Shown piece by piece: positions 19,019 to 28,408 of a DNA stretch of 64,000 nucleotides (the stretch's first letter is position 1; each line of letters opens with the position of its first letter). This DNA is from Anaerohalosphaeraceae bacterium (GTDB lineage Bacteria > Planctomycetota > Phycisphaerae > Sedimentisphaerales > Anaerohalosphaeraceae). The stretch spans positions 224,001 to 288,000 of the forward strand of contig CAXXSL010000013.1 of the NCBI GenBank assembly GCA_963675525.2, read 5' to 3'. The notes beneath the pieces were generated by a model. That model was not told where the DNA came from, did not search any database, and saw only the letters and a program-made list of their open reading frames with translations. The translations under genes were made by a program, and so were the position numbers.

Positions 19019-20824
19019 TCAGTCTTTGCCGGTTACGTAAACCGCCTGTGAGGCGAAGAGGTTGGGGAGTATTCGCAGGGGCAGGGTTGTATGCTTGCCC
19101 AGCGGGATCTTGCGGTCGATCCGGATGCCCAGTTCGGCGCAGAAGTTTTCATAGTCGGCCAGCGACAGGAAATGGATGTTCGGCGAGTTGTACCATGTGA
19201 ACGGCAGTTGTTTTGTCTGCGGGGCCTTGCCGGAAAACAGCATCTGCAGGCGGCAGCGCCAGTGCGCAAAGTTCGGGAAGCTGACGATCACTTTTTTGGC
19301 GACGCGATGCAGTTCGCCAATGACGCGCTGCGGCTCTTTCAGCGTCTGAATGGTCTGCGAGAGAATCGCATAGTCAAACGTATCGTTGGGGTACATCTCC
19401 AAACCGCGTTCGATGTCACGATGCACCACGGAGACGCCGCACTGGGTACAATGAATCACAAGATTCTCGTCCAGCTCGATGCCTTCGGCAATAACATTTT
19501 TGTCCTGACTGAGGCGACAGATCAGTTCGCCGTCGCCGCACCCCAGATCCAGGATGCGGGCATTCGGGTCGATCAGCGACTCGATCAGTTGGTAGTCCAC
19601 GCGCAGCCGCTTGGCATGATCGTGTTGATCCTTTTTTGAGGCACTGACGCATTTTTCGGGCAGGGTCCGCAGCGATGTTCGGACCTGGTGCCAGGTTGCC
19701 CCCAGAAAGCCGCCGATCAGACGCCCCAGCTTATGGGCTTCCAGTAAAAAAGCATCGTGGCCGTAAGTGGACTCAATATTGCAGTAGGTCACATCTTTAC
19801 CCTCGGCGCCCAATGCGTTGACGATCTCCTCGGACTGGGCGGGTGTAAACAGCCAGTCGCTGGATACGCTGACGACCAGGAACCGGCAGTTTGTGTTGGA
19901 AAAGGCCTGCCGGAGCGAGCCGTATTCCCGGTGCAGGTCAAAATAGTCCATGGCTTTGGAAAGGTACAGGTAGCAGTTGGCGTCAAACCGCTCGATAAAT
20001 GTCTGGCTCTGGTAGTCCAGATAGGTCTCGACCGAGAACTCAGAATCAAACTCATAATTATAGTCGTTGGACGCGCGTAATTCTCTGCCGAATTTTGCCC
20101 GCATCGACTCTTCGGAAAGATAGGTAATATGCCCGATCATCCGGGCAATACCCAGACCGCGATCAGGGCCTTGTTTGCCATGATACTGGCCGCCGTTAAA
20201 ATTGGCATCGGCCAGGATCGCATTTCGCCCGACGGCATCAAATGCGACGGACTGGGCATTCAGACGGGTGGTGGATGCGATACACAACGCCGCATCAAGA
20301 AAATCCGGAAAGGAAACGGCCCACTGAAGCACCTGCATCCCGCCCATGGACCCGCCGATCGCCCCGAGTATATGGGTAATGCCCAGCTTCTCGAGCAGAA
20401 GCTTCTGGACGCGAACGATGTCTTCAATGGTAATGATCGGAAAATCCAGACCGTAGGGCTTGCCGGCAGCGGGATTGACATCCGATGGGCCGGTGGTCCC
20501 GCTGCATCCGCCCAGAAAATTCGAACAGATCACAAAATAATGATCCGTATCGATCGGCTTGCCGGGACCGACCATGATATCCCACCAGCCCGGCTTGGTT
20601 TCGTCGGCACTGTTGTAGCCGGCCACATGGGCATTGCCGCTGAGGGCATGGCAGATCAGAACGACATTATCTTTGGCCTCGTTCAACGCGCCGTAGGTCT
20701 CATAGGCCACATCGATCGGCCCCAGTGTCTTGCCGCACTTTAAGCTCAGCGGATTATCCGCCTCAACAACACGCAGGGTTTGTGTCTGTACAATACCAAC
20801 CGAATTTTTTGTATCATGCGTCAT
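19019..20824 (-). CDS. metX: Homoserine O-acetyltransferase fused to a MetW-like methyltransferase domain
   Basis: VLICHALSG, IGGSMGGMQ, YGHDAFLLE; C-terminal ILDLGCGDGEL, ILSQTIQ, VSFPNFAHWRCR, WYNSPNIH (MetW). Confidence 0.93.
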   Translation of the reverse strand: MTHDTKNSVGIVQTQTLRVVEADNPLSLKCGKTLGPIDVAYETYGALNEAKDNVVLICHALSGNAHVAGYNSADETKPGWWDIMVGPGKPIDTDHYFVICSNFLGGCSGTTGPSDVNPAAGKPYGLDFPIITIEDIVRVQKLLLEKLGITHILGAIGGSMGGMQVLQWAVSFPDFLDAALCIASTTRLNAQSVAFDAVGRNAILADANFNGGQYHGKQGPDRGLGIARMIGHITYLSEESMRAKFGRELRASNDYNYEFDSEFSVETYLDYQSQTFIERFDANCYLYLSKAMDYFDLHREYGSLRQAFSNTNCRFLVVSVSSDWLFTPAQSEEIVNALGAEGKDVTYCNIESTYGHDAFLLEAHKLGRLIGGFLGATWHQVRTSLRTLPEKCVSASKKDQHDHAKRLRVDYQLIESLIDPNARILDLGCGDGELICRLSQDKNVIAEGIELDENLVIHCTQCGVSVVHRDIERGLEMYPNDTFDYAILSQTIQTLKEPQRVIGELHRVAKKVIVSFPNFAHWRCRLQMLFSGKAPQTKQLPFTWYNSPNIHFLSLADYENFCAELGIRIDRKIPLGKHTTLPLRILPNLFASQAVYVTGKD

Positions 20825-20877
20825 CTGTATTCAGTATAGCCCGAACGGGGTTAACCTGCAATGTCACTCTTCCGATA

Positions 20878-21552
20878 TTATTCGGAACGATCTCCCAGAA
20901 CCGCTTTCTTGAATTCCCCGAAGCCCATCTCGTCGATCAGTGCACCAAGCCGGCGATGTTTCTTTTCGCCTTTAGCCTGATAAAGCTTGACAACCTTATC
21001 GACGATCGCCAGGGCTTCTTCAATCGAAACATCGCGAATCAGTTCCTGAGCCAGCCGAGGCCGGGCACCGCCGTTGCCTCCAACCTGCACCATCCAGCCT
21101 TTGGCCGTCCCCATCAGGGCCACATCCTTGATACAATTTTCCGCGCATTGATTCGGACAGCCCGAAACACCGATCTTAAATTTTCCCGGCAGTTCCAGAC
21201 CGTGATATTTTTCATCCAACAACATTCCAATGCCAAGGCTGTCCTGCTGACCGCGCTTGCAGAAGGTCGTTCCCGGGCAGGCCTTGACCGAACGGACACA
21301 CAACCCCACCGCCGCACCCGGCGACATGTCCAGATCCTGCCAGACCGCATCCACCTGTTCTTCCTTAAGTCCCACCAAAGCGATCCGGGCCGCACCGGTT
21401 ATCTTCAGCGCCGCGATATTGTATTTATCTGCCACATCGGCAATCTTCCGCAGTGTCTGGGGCGCAACCACCCCGCACGGCAGATGCGGCGCAACTGCAT
21501 AGGTCTGTTTGTCCCGTTGAATAATGACGCCTTTTTCCCCGTCCTGAAGCAT
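20878..21552 (-). CDS. Small nitrite/sulfite reductase-like 4Fe-4S protein
   Basis: VKACPGTTFC, KFKIGVSGCPNQCAE, VGGNGGARPRLA. Confidence 0.85.
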   Translation of the reverse strand: MLQDGEKGVIIQRDKQTYAVAPHLPCGVVAPQTLRKIADVADKYNIAALKITGAARIALVGLKEEQVDAVWQDLDMSPGAAVGLCVRSVKACPGTTFCKRGQQDSLGIGMLLDEKYHGLELPGKFKIGVSGCPNQCAENCIKDVALMGTAKGWMVQVGGNGGARPRLAQELIRDVSIEEALAIVDKVVKLYQAKGEKKHRRLGALIDEMGFGEFKKAVLGDRSE

Positions 21553-21797
21553 AAGATATCCCTTGAGTCTATTTTGAATTTAGTTTCTTTCGCCTATTCT
21601 AAAAAAACCGGACAAAAAGACAATTGTTTTTTAACATAAACCGAAAATGTACGGACCCATTCGTTGAGTTTATCGTATAGTGTTAGACAGGACAAATAAT
21701 CGAATCTGCTCACTGATGTGAAAAAATGGTGATTTTTATAATTTTTCTGTGCATTATTGCGTGAATATGCTAAATTCGAGATTGAAAGAGGTATGAT

Positions 21798-21983
21798 ATG
21801 TCTGACGAAAAAATGCCGCATCCGGGCCATGATAAGCACTTATGCTATTTGAATAATCTCCGGTTTCAGGAAAGCAATCCGGAAGACTATAAAGCACTGA
21901 TCAAAAACTCTGAATTTTATTGTCAAAATTGCGGCCGTTCCGCCGCCAGTTCTAAAAATCTATGCAAACCGGCAAAACTTTAA
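21798..21983 (+). CDS. Small Cys/His-rich putative metal-binding protein
   Basis: GAGG RBS; HxxHLC...FYCQNCGR...NLCKP. Confidence 0.65.
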   Translation: MSDEKMPHPGHDKHLCYLNNLRFQESNPEDYKALIKNSEFYCQNCGRSAASSKNLCKPAKL

Positions 21984-22038
21984 ACGCCGATTGAATGCAC
22001 TGGTCTCTTTAAAATAATGATGCTGAGGAGTTTTATAG

Positions 22039-24564
22039 ATGGACCGTAAGAATCCGGCTACAACCCCGTATATCAATACCATCCCCGCCGAAGATCAGGG
22101 ACCCTATCCCGGGCGAAGGGAGATCGAGCATCGCATCAAAAGCATCCTCCGCTGGAACGCAATGGCAATGGTTGTCAGAGCTAACCGGGACGAAAGCGGC
22201 ATCGGCGGGCATATCTCCTCTTATGCTTCGGCCGCAACGCTTTATGAAGTCGGGTTCAACCATTTTTTCCGCGCAAGGACCGAGGAACACGAAGGCGATG
22301 TCATTTATTTTCAGGGCCATTGTGCCCCCGGCATTTACGCCCGTGCATTTTTGGAAGGCCGGCTGAGCGGTTTCGATCTGACCAATTTCAGACGGGAACT
22401 CAGTCCCGACGGCGGACTGCCCTCCTATCCGCACCCCCGGCTGATGCCGGAATTTTGGCAGTTTCCTACGGTGTCCATGGGTTTGGGCCCCCTTATGGCG
22501 ATCTATCAAGCCCGTTTTGCACGTTATCTTGAAAATCGAGGCCTCAAAAAACCGTCCGACCAGAAGATCTGGGCCTTTTTGGGCGATGGGGAAATGGACG
22601 AACCCGAAAGTATGGGTGCTATCGGCGTAGCCGGACGGGAAAAGCTGGACAACCTTATCTTTGTGATCAACTGCAACCTGCAGCGGTTGGATGGCCCGGT
22701 TCGCGGAAACAGCAAGATTGTTCAGGAATTTGAAGCGGCATTTACCGCTGCGGGCTGGAATGTCATCAAAGTATTATGGGGTTCGGACTGGGACCGTTTA
22801 TTGGAAAAGGATAAGGACGGGTTGCTCGTCAAACGACTGGAAGAAGTCGTTGACGGTCAGTTTCAAAAGTATGCCGTTTCCAGCGGTGATTATATCCGCA
22901 AGGACTTTTTCGGAACCGATCCCCAACTGCTGGAGTTGGTGAAAAACTACTCCGATGAACAACTTGAAAAACTCAACCGCGGCGGACATGACCCGCTGAA
23001 GGTTTATGCCGCTTACAAAGCCGCCGTCGAAAACACCGACGGCCCCACTCTCATTTTGCCCCAAACCATCAAAGGATACGGAATGGGCGAAGCGGGCGAA
23101 GGAAGAAATATTACCCACCAGCAGAAAAAACTCAACGAAGACGAACTGCTGACCTTCCGAACACGATTTGGGATCCCCGTTCCGGATTATGAAGTTCAGG
23201 AAGCCCCGTTTTATAAACCCATGGCCGAAAGCGAGGAAATGAAATACCTGAGTGCTTGTCGGCAGAAACTGGGAGGTTATGTTCCGCAGCGCATTGTTAA
23301 TGTTGAGCCGATCCAAATGCCCGATGAAACGATCTTTGAAGAGTTTTACAAAGGCTCCGGCGGCCATAAGGCCAGTTCGACAATGGCGGCGGTACGACTG
23401 CTGTCCAAGCTGATGAAAGACCCGCAGATCGGCAAACAGATCGTCCCCATCGTGCCCGATGAGGCCCGTACATTCGGTATGGAGCCGCTTTTTAAACAAG
23501 CCGGTATCTACTCGGCCGCAGGACAGCTTTATGAGCCGGTCGATAAAGAGTTTCTGCTCTTCTACAACGAGAAAAAAGACGGCGTGATCCTCGAAGAAGG
23601 CATCAACGAGCCCGGCTCGATGTCCTCCTTCATCGCCGCGGGCACCGCCTACGCAACCTACGGTATCAACATGATCCCGTTCTACCTGTTCTACTCCATG
23701 TTCGGCTGCCAGCGGATGATCGATCTGATCTGGGCCGCGGGTGATATGATGACCAAAGGATTCCTGCTCGGCGGCATCGCGGGAAGAACAACGCTGGCCG
23801 GCGAAGGCCTCCAGCATCAGGACGGACACAGCCACCATACCTTCCTTTCCGTCCCCCATTTGAAAGCCTATGACCCGGCGTTCGCGTATGAACTGGCCGT
23901 CATCGTCCGGGATGGATTTTCCAGAATGTACCAAAAACAGGAAAATATTTTCTATTACATCACCATGATGAATGAAACGTATGAAATGCCGCCCATGCCG
24001 GAAAACGTCACCGAAGGCATCCTCAAAGGCATGTATAAATACAAGGCCGCAGCAAAACCGGACGCTCCGAACAAGGTCAACCTTTTGGGCAGCGGCACCA
24101 TCTTGAACGAAGTCCTCAAAGCACAGCAGTGGCTCGAATCCGAATTGGACATTGCCGTTGATGTTTTCAGCGTCACCAGCTACAAGGAACTCTACAACGA
24201 CGGCCTTGCGACGGATCGCTATAACCTCTTGCATCCAACTGAACACCCGAAAGCATCTTATATTCAAGACTGTTTCAAGGATGAAAAGGCCGTGTTCGTT
24301 GCCGCCTCGGATTACATGAAGGCGTTGCCCTGTTCGATCGCCAAATGGCTGCCGGGCAGACTCGTTGCATTGGGAACAGACGGATACGGACGGAGTGACG
24401 GTCGCGCTGAACTGCGCAATTATTTTGAGGTGGACGCCCGGTTCATCACGCTGGGTGCACTTCATGCACTGGTATTGGAGGGCCGGCTCGGAAATGAGAT
24501 TTTGACAGAAGCGATCAAACGCATGGATATCGACCCGGAAAAGATCGACCCCTTGTCAGTATGA
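22039..24564 (+). CDS. aceE: Pyruvate dehydrogenase E1 component, homodimeric type (N-terminally short)
   Basis: YINTIP, GGHISSYASAA, FWQFPTVSMGLGP, GDGEMDEPES, NCNLQRLDGPV, GEGLQHQDGHS. Confidence 0.93.
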   Translation: MDRKNPATTPYINTIPAEDQGPYPGRREIEHRIKSILRWNAMAMVVRANRDESGIGGHISSYASAATLYEVGFNHFFRARTEEHEGDVIYFQGHCAPGIYARAFLEGRLSGFDLTNFRRELSPDGGLPSYPHPRLMPEFWQFPTVSMGLGPLMAIYQARFARYLENRGLKKPSDQKIWAFLGDGEMDEPESMGAIGVAGREKLDNLIFVINCNLQRLDGPVRGNSKIVQEFEAAFTAAGWNVIKVLWGSDWDRLLEKDKDGLLVKRLEEVVDGQFQKYAVSSGDYIRKDFFGTDPQLLELVKNYSDEQLEKLNRGGHDPLKVYAAYKAAVENTDGPTLILPQTIKGYGMGEAGEGRNITHQQKKLNEDELLTFRTRFGIPVPDYEVQEAPFYKPMAESEEMKYLSACRQKLGGYVPQRIVNVEPIQMPDETIFEEFYKGSGGHKASSTMAAVRLLSKLMKDPQIGKQIVPIVPDEARTFGMEPLFKQAGIYSAAGQLYEPVDKEFLLFYNEKKDGVILEEGINEPGSMSSFIAAGTAYATYGINMIPFYLFYSMFGCQRMIDLIWAAGDMMTKGFLLGGIAGRTTLAGEGLQHQDGHSHHTFLSVPHLKAYDPAFAYELAVIVRDGFSRMYQKQENIFYYITMMNETYEMPPMPENVTEGILKGMYKYKAAAKPDAPNKVNLLGSGTILNEVLKAQQWLESELDIAVDVFSVTSYKELYNDGLATDRYNLLHPTEHPKASYIQDCFKDEKAVFVAASDYMKALPCSIAKWLPGRLVALGTDGYGRSDGRAELRNYFEVDARFITLGALHALVLEGRLGNEILTEAIKRMDIDPEKIDPLSV

Positions 24565-24568
24565 TGAA

Positions 24569-25051
24569 CTAAAACTCGTCCAGATTACTGAATTCGGCAT
24601 CCGCCAGATAGGTTTTCGGCCGGGCCACAAAATCTGCCAGATTTTCAAGAAGCCGAAAATGTTTTTTCTCCTCCACAGCCAACTTCTCAAACAACGCCTT
24701 TTGCTCAGGGCTTTCCACCTGACCGGCCCTGTCCATATAGAAGCTGATACTTTTTTGCTCCAGTTCCATTGCCTCCCGGTAAAGTTTCTCTTCGTCACCG
24801 GACAGGTCGACCTGACCGCCAAAATCCTTCATCTGTTGAAACACATTTTTCGCTGTGTCAAGAACCACCGTATCCTGCATCGCGGGGTTTTCCGATTGTA
24901 CACGGGTAATAATTTCGGCATGTTTCTTCTCGTCGTCTGCCAGCATACTAAGGATGGTCCGAAGCCCTTCATCTGCTGTTTTCGAAGCCATACTCCGGTA
25001 GAATGTTTCCCCGTCATGCTCCATTTGAATCGCGAACTTAAATATATCCAT
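24569..25051 (-). CDS. Rubrerythrin/ferritin-like protein
   Basis: AIQMEHDGETFY, DDEKKH, AMELEQKSISFY, EEKKH (two ExxH di-iron motifs). Confidence 0.88.
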   Translation of the reverse strand: MDIFKFAIQMEHDGETFYRSMASKTADEGLRTILSMLADDEKKHAEIITRVQSENPAMQDTVVLDTAKNVFQQMKDFGGQVDLSGDEEKLYREAMELEQKSISFYMDRAGQVESPEQKALFEKLAVEEKKHFRLLENLADFVARPKTYLADAEFSNLDEF

Positions 25052-25316
25052 TTTCTCGGCCCCTAAAAAAAGATTTATAATTATCTTAATCATTTACAGG
25101 AAAAAGTTCAATTCTTTTCAAAAAAGTTATATTTTATTTCGTTTTCAGCCAAATTCGGGCTTAATTGGAAAATCGTATCCCCAACAAGCTTTCTGCTCAT
25201 ACCGAACCGTTGCGATTACGCATTATTACGTTTTATCCTTTCCCTTTGCGGCCGATTATCATTTTTCTTATAATACTATCTTGCTATTTTCTGCTTAATT
25301 AACTAAAATTGGGCCA

Positions 25317-26606
25317 ATGAAGAAAGATGTCTCACAAAACGTTCGATTAACCGATCTGTTCACAAGGGACCAGTTCAGGCAAATCGAGAAAGCTTTCGGC
25401 CGGCATTTCAAGCTTTCGCTGGAAACCTGTGACGCCGAGGGCAAAGAGATCCGTTCGTTTTGCTCGCCGGGTTGTCACCCGGACTTCTGCAAGCGTGTTC
25501 GCCAGTCGAAATTCGGTTTCCAACGCTGTCGTCAGGACCGATTGCGAAGTCTGAACATCTCCATCGAGACCGGTCAGCCATACATCACGCTTTGTCACGC
25601 GGGAATCGTTCTTGGCTGTGTTCCCATCATGGACGGCGATCTGCCGTTGGGCGGGCTGTTCTTCGGGAAATGCATCTGGGAGCCGTTCGATGAAACACTG
25701 GAAGCGGACGTCCAAAAACGGCTGCGCGGGCTGCAGATTTATCCGCACGAGATTCTCGAAACACTGCTGAAACTTCCGGTTGTTTCAGCTCGGCGGATCC
25801 ACGAAGCCGCCGAATTTCTTTATGTGCTGCTTTACCAGACCGCCGGGCTTGATCCGCAGGTTATTCAGTGGCGCCGGGCACGCTCCCTGCAGCAGTCCCG
25901 GATCAGCGAGGTCATTCATGACACAAAACTGACCGATTCCGGCAATGTGTACCCTTATGAGCTCGAATGTCAGCTCATCGCTAAAGTCAAGATCGGCGAC
26001 CGCACCGGGGCCAAAGAGATCCTTAATTCACTGCTCGGCAAGATCCTGTTTCATAACCCGGGCAATATCAACCTGCTTAAGGGCCGTCTGGTCGAACTGC
26101 TCAGTGTACTCAGCCGGGCCGCGGCCCAGGGCGGTGTGGACATCAACGCCCTGCTGAATAAAAATCTTGAATATATCCATAATGTGCTGGGCATTGATAC
26201 GCAGGAGGATATCTGTGTGTGGATCAGCCATGCACTGGATGATTTTATCGAAAGCGTGTACACCTCGCAGGACGCTAAAAAAATGCGTCAGCTTAAACCG
26301 GCGATCGAATTTATGCAGTACAGTTTCGACCGGCCGCTGACACTGGCCGACATCGCCGCCGTCGCCCACCTGAGCCCATCCCGACTGGCGCATTTGTTCC
26401 GCGAGCAGATGGGCATGACCCTGATCGACTACCTGACCGGCGTCCGCATCAACTACGCCAAGCGATTGCTGCTGACCACCGAAACCAACTGCACGCACAT
26501 CTGCTACGAAGCGGGCTATAACAACCAAAGCTATTTCACCCGCGTCTTTAAGCAGGTCACCGGCATGACCCCCAGCGCTTTCCGCGCACAAAACAAACGA
26601 CCATAA
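25317..26606 (+). CDS. PocR-sensor-domain AraC-family transcriptional regulator
   Basis: N-terminal FC...C...CHAG (PocR); C-terminal LTLADIA...LSPSRLAHLF...GYNNQSYFTRVFKQVTGMTPSAFR. Confidence 0.9.
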   Translation: MKKDVSQNVRLTDLFTRDQFRQIEKAFGRHFKLSLETCDAEGKEIRSFCSPGCHPDFCKRVRQSKFGFQRCRQDRLRSLNISIETGQPYITLCHAGIVLGCVPIMDGDLPLGGLFFGKCIWEPFDETLEADVQKRLRGLQIYPHEILETLLKLPVVSARRIHEAAEFLYVLLYQTAGLDPQVIQWRRARSLQQSRISEVIHDTKLTDSGNVYPYELECQLIAKVKIGDRTGAKEILNSLLGKILFHNPGNINLLKGRLVELLSVLSRAAAQGGVDINALLNKNLEYIHNVLGIDTQEDICVWISHALDDFIESVYTSQDAKKMRQLKPAIEFMQYSFDRPLTLADIAAVAHLSPSRLAHLFREQMGMTLIDYLTGVRINYAKRLLLTTETNCTHICYEAGYNNQSYFTRVFKQVTGMTPSAFRAQNKRP

Positions 26607-26631
26607 GCTTTTAGGTTATCTGATTGCGCAC

Positions 26632-26664
26632 AAAAAAACCATGCCGAAATACGGCATGGTTTGT
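26632..26664. terminator. Bidirectional terminator
   Basis: AAACCATGCCG-AAATA-CGGCATGGTTT between convergent genes. Confidence 0.75.
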
Positions 26665-26689
26665 GAAATTTCGACTTAAAGAAGAATGC

Positions 26690-27073
26690 TTACTCCGTTG
26701 CATCCGCAATATCCCCAACACATCCCTTTTCCGCATAATAGGCTTTCAGCATTTTATTACGAGCTTCCAATGCGTCAATTTCAACTTCATAAGAACCTTT
26801 AGAATCCATGAAGAACCAGGGAACAAGGATAAAGCATCCGGCAGCAAACCAAATGCCATTCCAGACATCGCGGTCACCAGCCTTCTTTTGCTTATCAGCA
26901 ATCTCGCCAAGATTCATTTCAACTTCTGATGCTAATATTTCACATGACTTTTTCTCATCGCCCGGCATATACCGCTCAACCGGATTGGCCATGTGACCCC
27001 CACAACCAATGATAAACATTACCATTGTCAGCATCACGCAAACTAAACTTCTAACCATTTTCTGCTTAAACAT
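26690..27073 (-). CDS. Hypothetical lipoprotein
   Basis: Lipobox-like IIGC, GGAG RBS. Confidence 0.7.
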   Translation of the reverse strand: MFKQKMVRSLVCVMLTMVMFIIGCGGHMANPVERYMPGDEKKSCEILASEVEMNLGEIADKQKKAGDRDVWNGIWFAAGCFILVPWFFMDSKGSYEVEIDALEARNKMLKAYYAEKGCVGDIADATE

Positions 27074-27437
27074 ACGACTCTCCTTTTTTAAAAGAAATGT
27101 TAAACATTCAACCTTGAGGAAAAAACCTTCCCTCTAACAATAAAGGAATTATGTGTCATCCGTAAACAAAGTCAAGAAAAAAAGAGGTTGTTTACCCGAA
27201 ACCTTAAAATCCCGTAATTACCACGTTTTCAGCTATAAAGTCAATTTTTATCTTTTTGTGGACAGAAATGAACTTGAATCAACATGGACAATAATATTTT
27301 TATTCCATTATAACTTTACACTTGAATTCATTTATTCAAAGCAATATTTTAGTCTCAAGAACAATACGGCTATGTCACGTAAATCTATACGGCGACATCC
27401 ATGACTTTTTTTAAACCATTAAATAAGGAGGACAACC

Positions 27438-27833
27438 ATGCAAAAATCCATTCAATTGGCGATTATCATCACCGGGCTTTTTATCGCAGGCTGTTGTTTT
27501 GACCTGACTCGCGTTAAATACACGCCGGTCGTCATGAAAACAACAACGCCACCGAAACCCATGTGGATACTTATGGAGAAAGCTGATGTCCCGTTGGAAT
27601 CATGGTCAACCACACACCTGAAACCTAATACAAAATGGGAATATGTCGGTACCATTGAACAAGGCGATGTTTATAAGACAAAAGACCAGATCGTCACGGT
27701 CAAAGGTTCAAACATGTTCGAAGCTTATCTGGTTCTTTCCCAAGAAGAAATTGTGGGATTTTATTTACCATTTGAAGAGAGTTTTGCACCCATTCCGAGA
27801 CCTGTCAAAATCAACAGGAAGATTTTAAACTGA
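27438..27833 (+). CDS. Hypothetical lipoprotein
   Basis: Lipobox-like IAGC, AAGGAGG RBS. Confidence 0.7.
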   Translation: MQKSIQLAIIITGLFIAGCCFDLTRVKYTPVVMKTTTPPKPMWILMEKADVPLESWSTTHLKPNTKWEYVGTIEQGDVYKTKDQIVTVKGSNMFEAYLVLSQEEIVGFYLPFEESFAPIPRPVKINRKILN

Positions 27834-27855
27834 AATATTTAAAAAGGAGACAATC

Positions 27856-28308
27856 ATGAAAAAAGTTCTAACTGTATTGGCACTGCTTTTCCTGTCGGTC
27901 GTTATCACAGGGTGCGCTTCGGGAACAAAGTTTTCTGAAATGCAGGGTTCACTGCCGGACCTTAACCCCGACTCAGGTCGCATCTATATCTATCGCACAG
28001 CGGTCTTTGGCGCAGCAATCCAGCCTGATGTTTTCCTGAATGGTGAAAAAGTCTGCAAAGCAGTACCGCAAGGTTTGATCTATTTAGATAAAGAACCGGG
28101 TGATTATAAGCTTCGGGCAAGTACTGAGGTTACACGTGCTCTTTCTTTTACGCTGGATCCCGGACAAATCCGCTATATCCGACTGGATGTCACCATGGGG
28201 TTCTTTATGGGACATGTTTCTCCGGTATTGGTAGACGAGGAAAAAGCGAAGAAAGAGTTACTAAAGTGTAAATATATCTCTTCTCAAAATACCAAGGCCT
28301 CACTTTAG
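27856..28308 (+). CDS. DUF2846-like lipoprotein
   Basis: ITGCASG lipobox; GRIYIYR...PDVFLNGEKV...PGDY. Confidence 0.75.
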   Translation: MKKVLTVLALLFLSVVITGCASGTKFSEMQGSLPDLNPDSGRIYIYRTAVFGAAIQPDVFLNGEKVCKAVPQGLIYLDKEPGDYKLRASTEVTRALSFTLDPGQIRYIRLDVTMGFFMGHVSPVLVDEEKAKKELLKCKYISSQNTKASL

Positions 28309-28333
28309 TTCAGTCTCAATTTTAATCATTAAG

Positions 28334-28364
28334 AAACTCCGATGGCAGTAAGCTGTCGGAGTTT
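28334..28364. terminator. Hairpin terminator between convergent genes
   Basis: AAACTCCGA...TCGGAGTTT. Confidence 0.7.
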
Positions 28365-28366
28365 TT

Positions 28367-28408
28367 TTATCGCAATTTGAGTTGTTTGTATTTGCCGCGA
28401 CGATGCGC
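28367..28408 (-). repeat. Copy of the ettA 3' end (direct repeat with 38177-38218)
   Basis: 37 of 42 nt identical; encodes AHRRGKYKQLKLR-stop. Confidence 0.9.

Noticed and set aside
18621..19040. 139-aa plus-strand ORF
   Set aside because: TTG start with no RBS; overlaps long inverted repeats and the end of metX
22798..24465. 555-aa antisense ORF
   Set aside because: Lies wholly opposite aceE and has no recognisable motifs; typical shadow ORF
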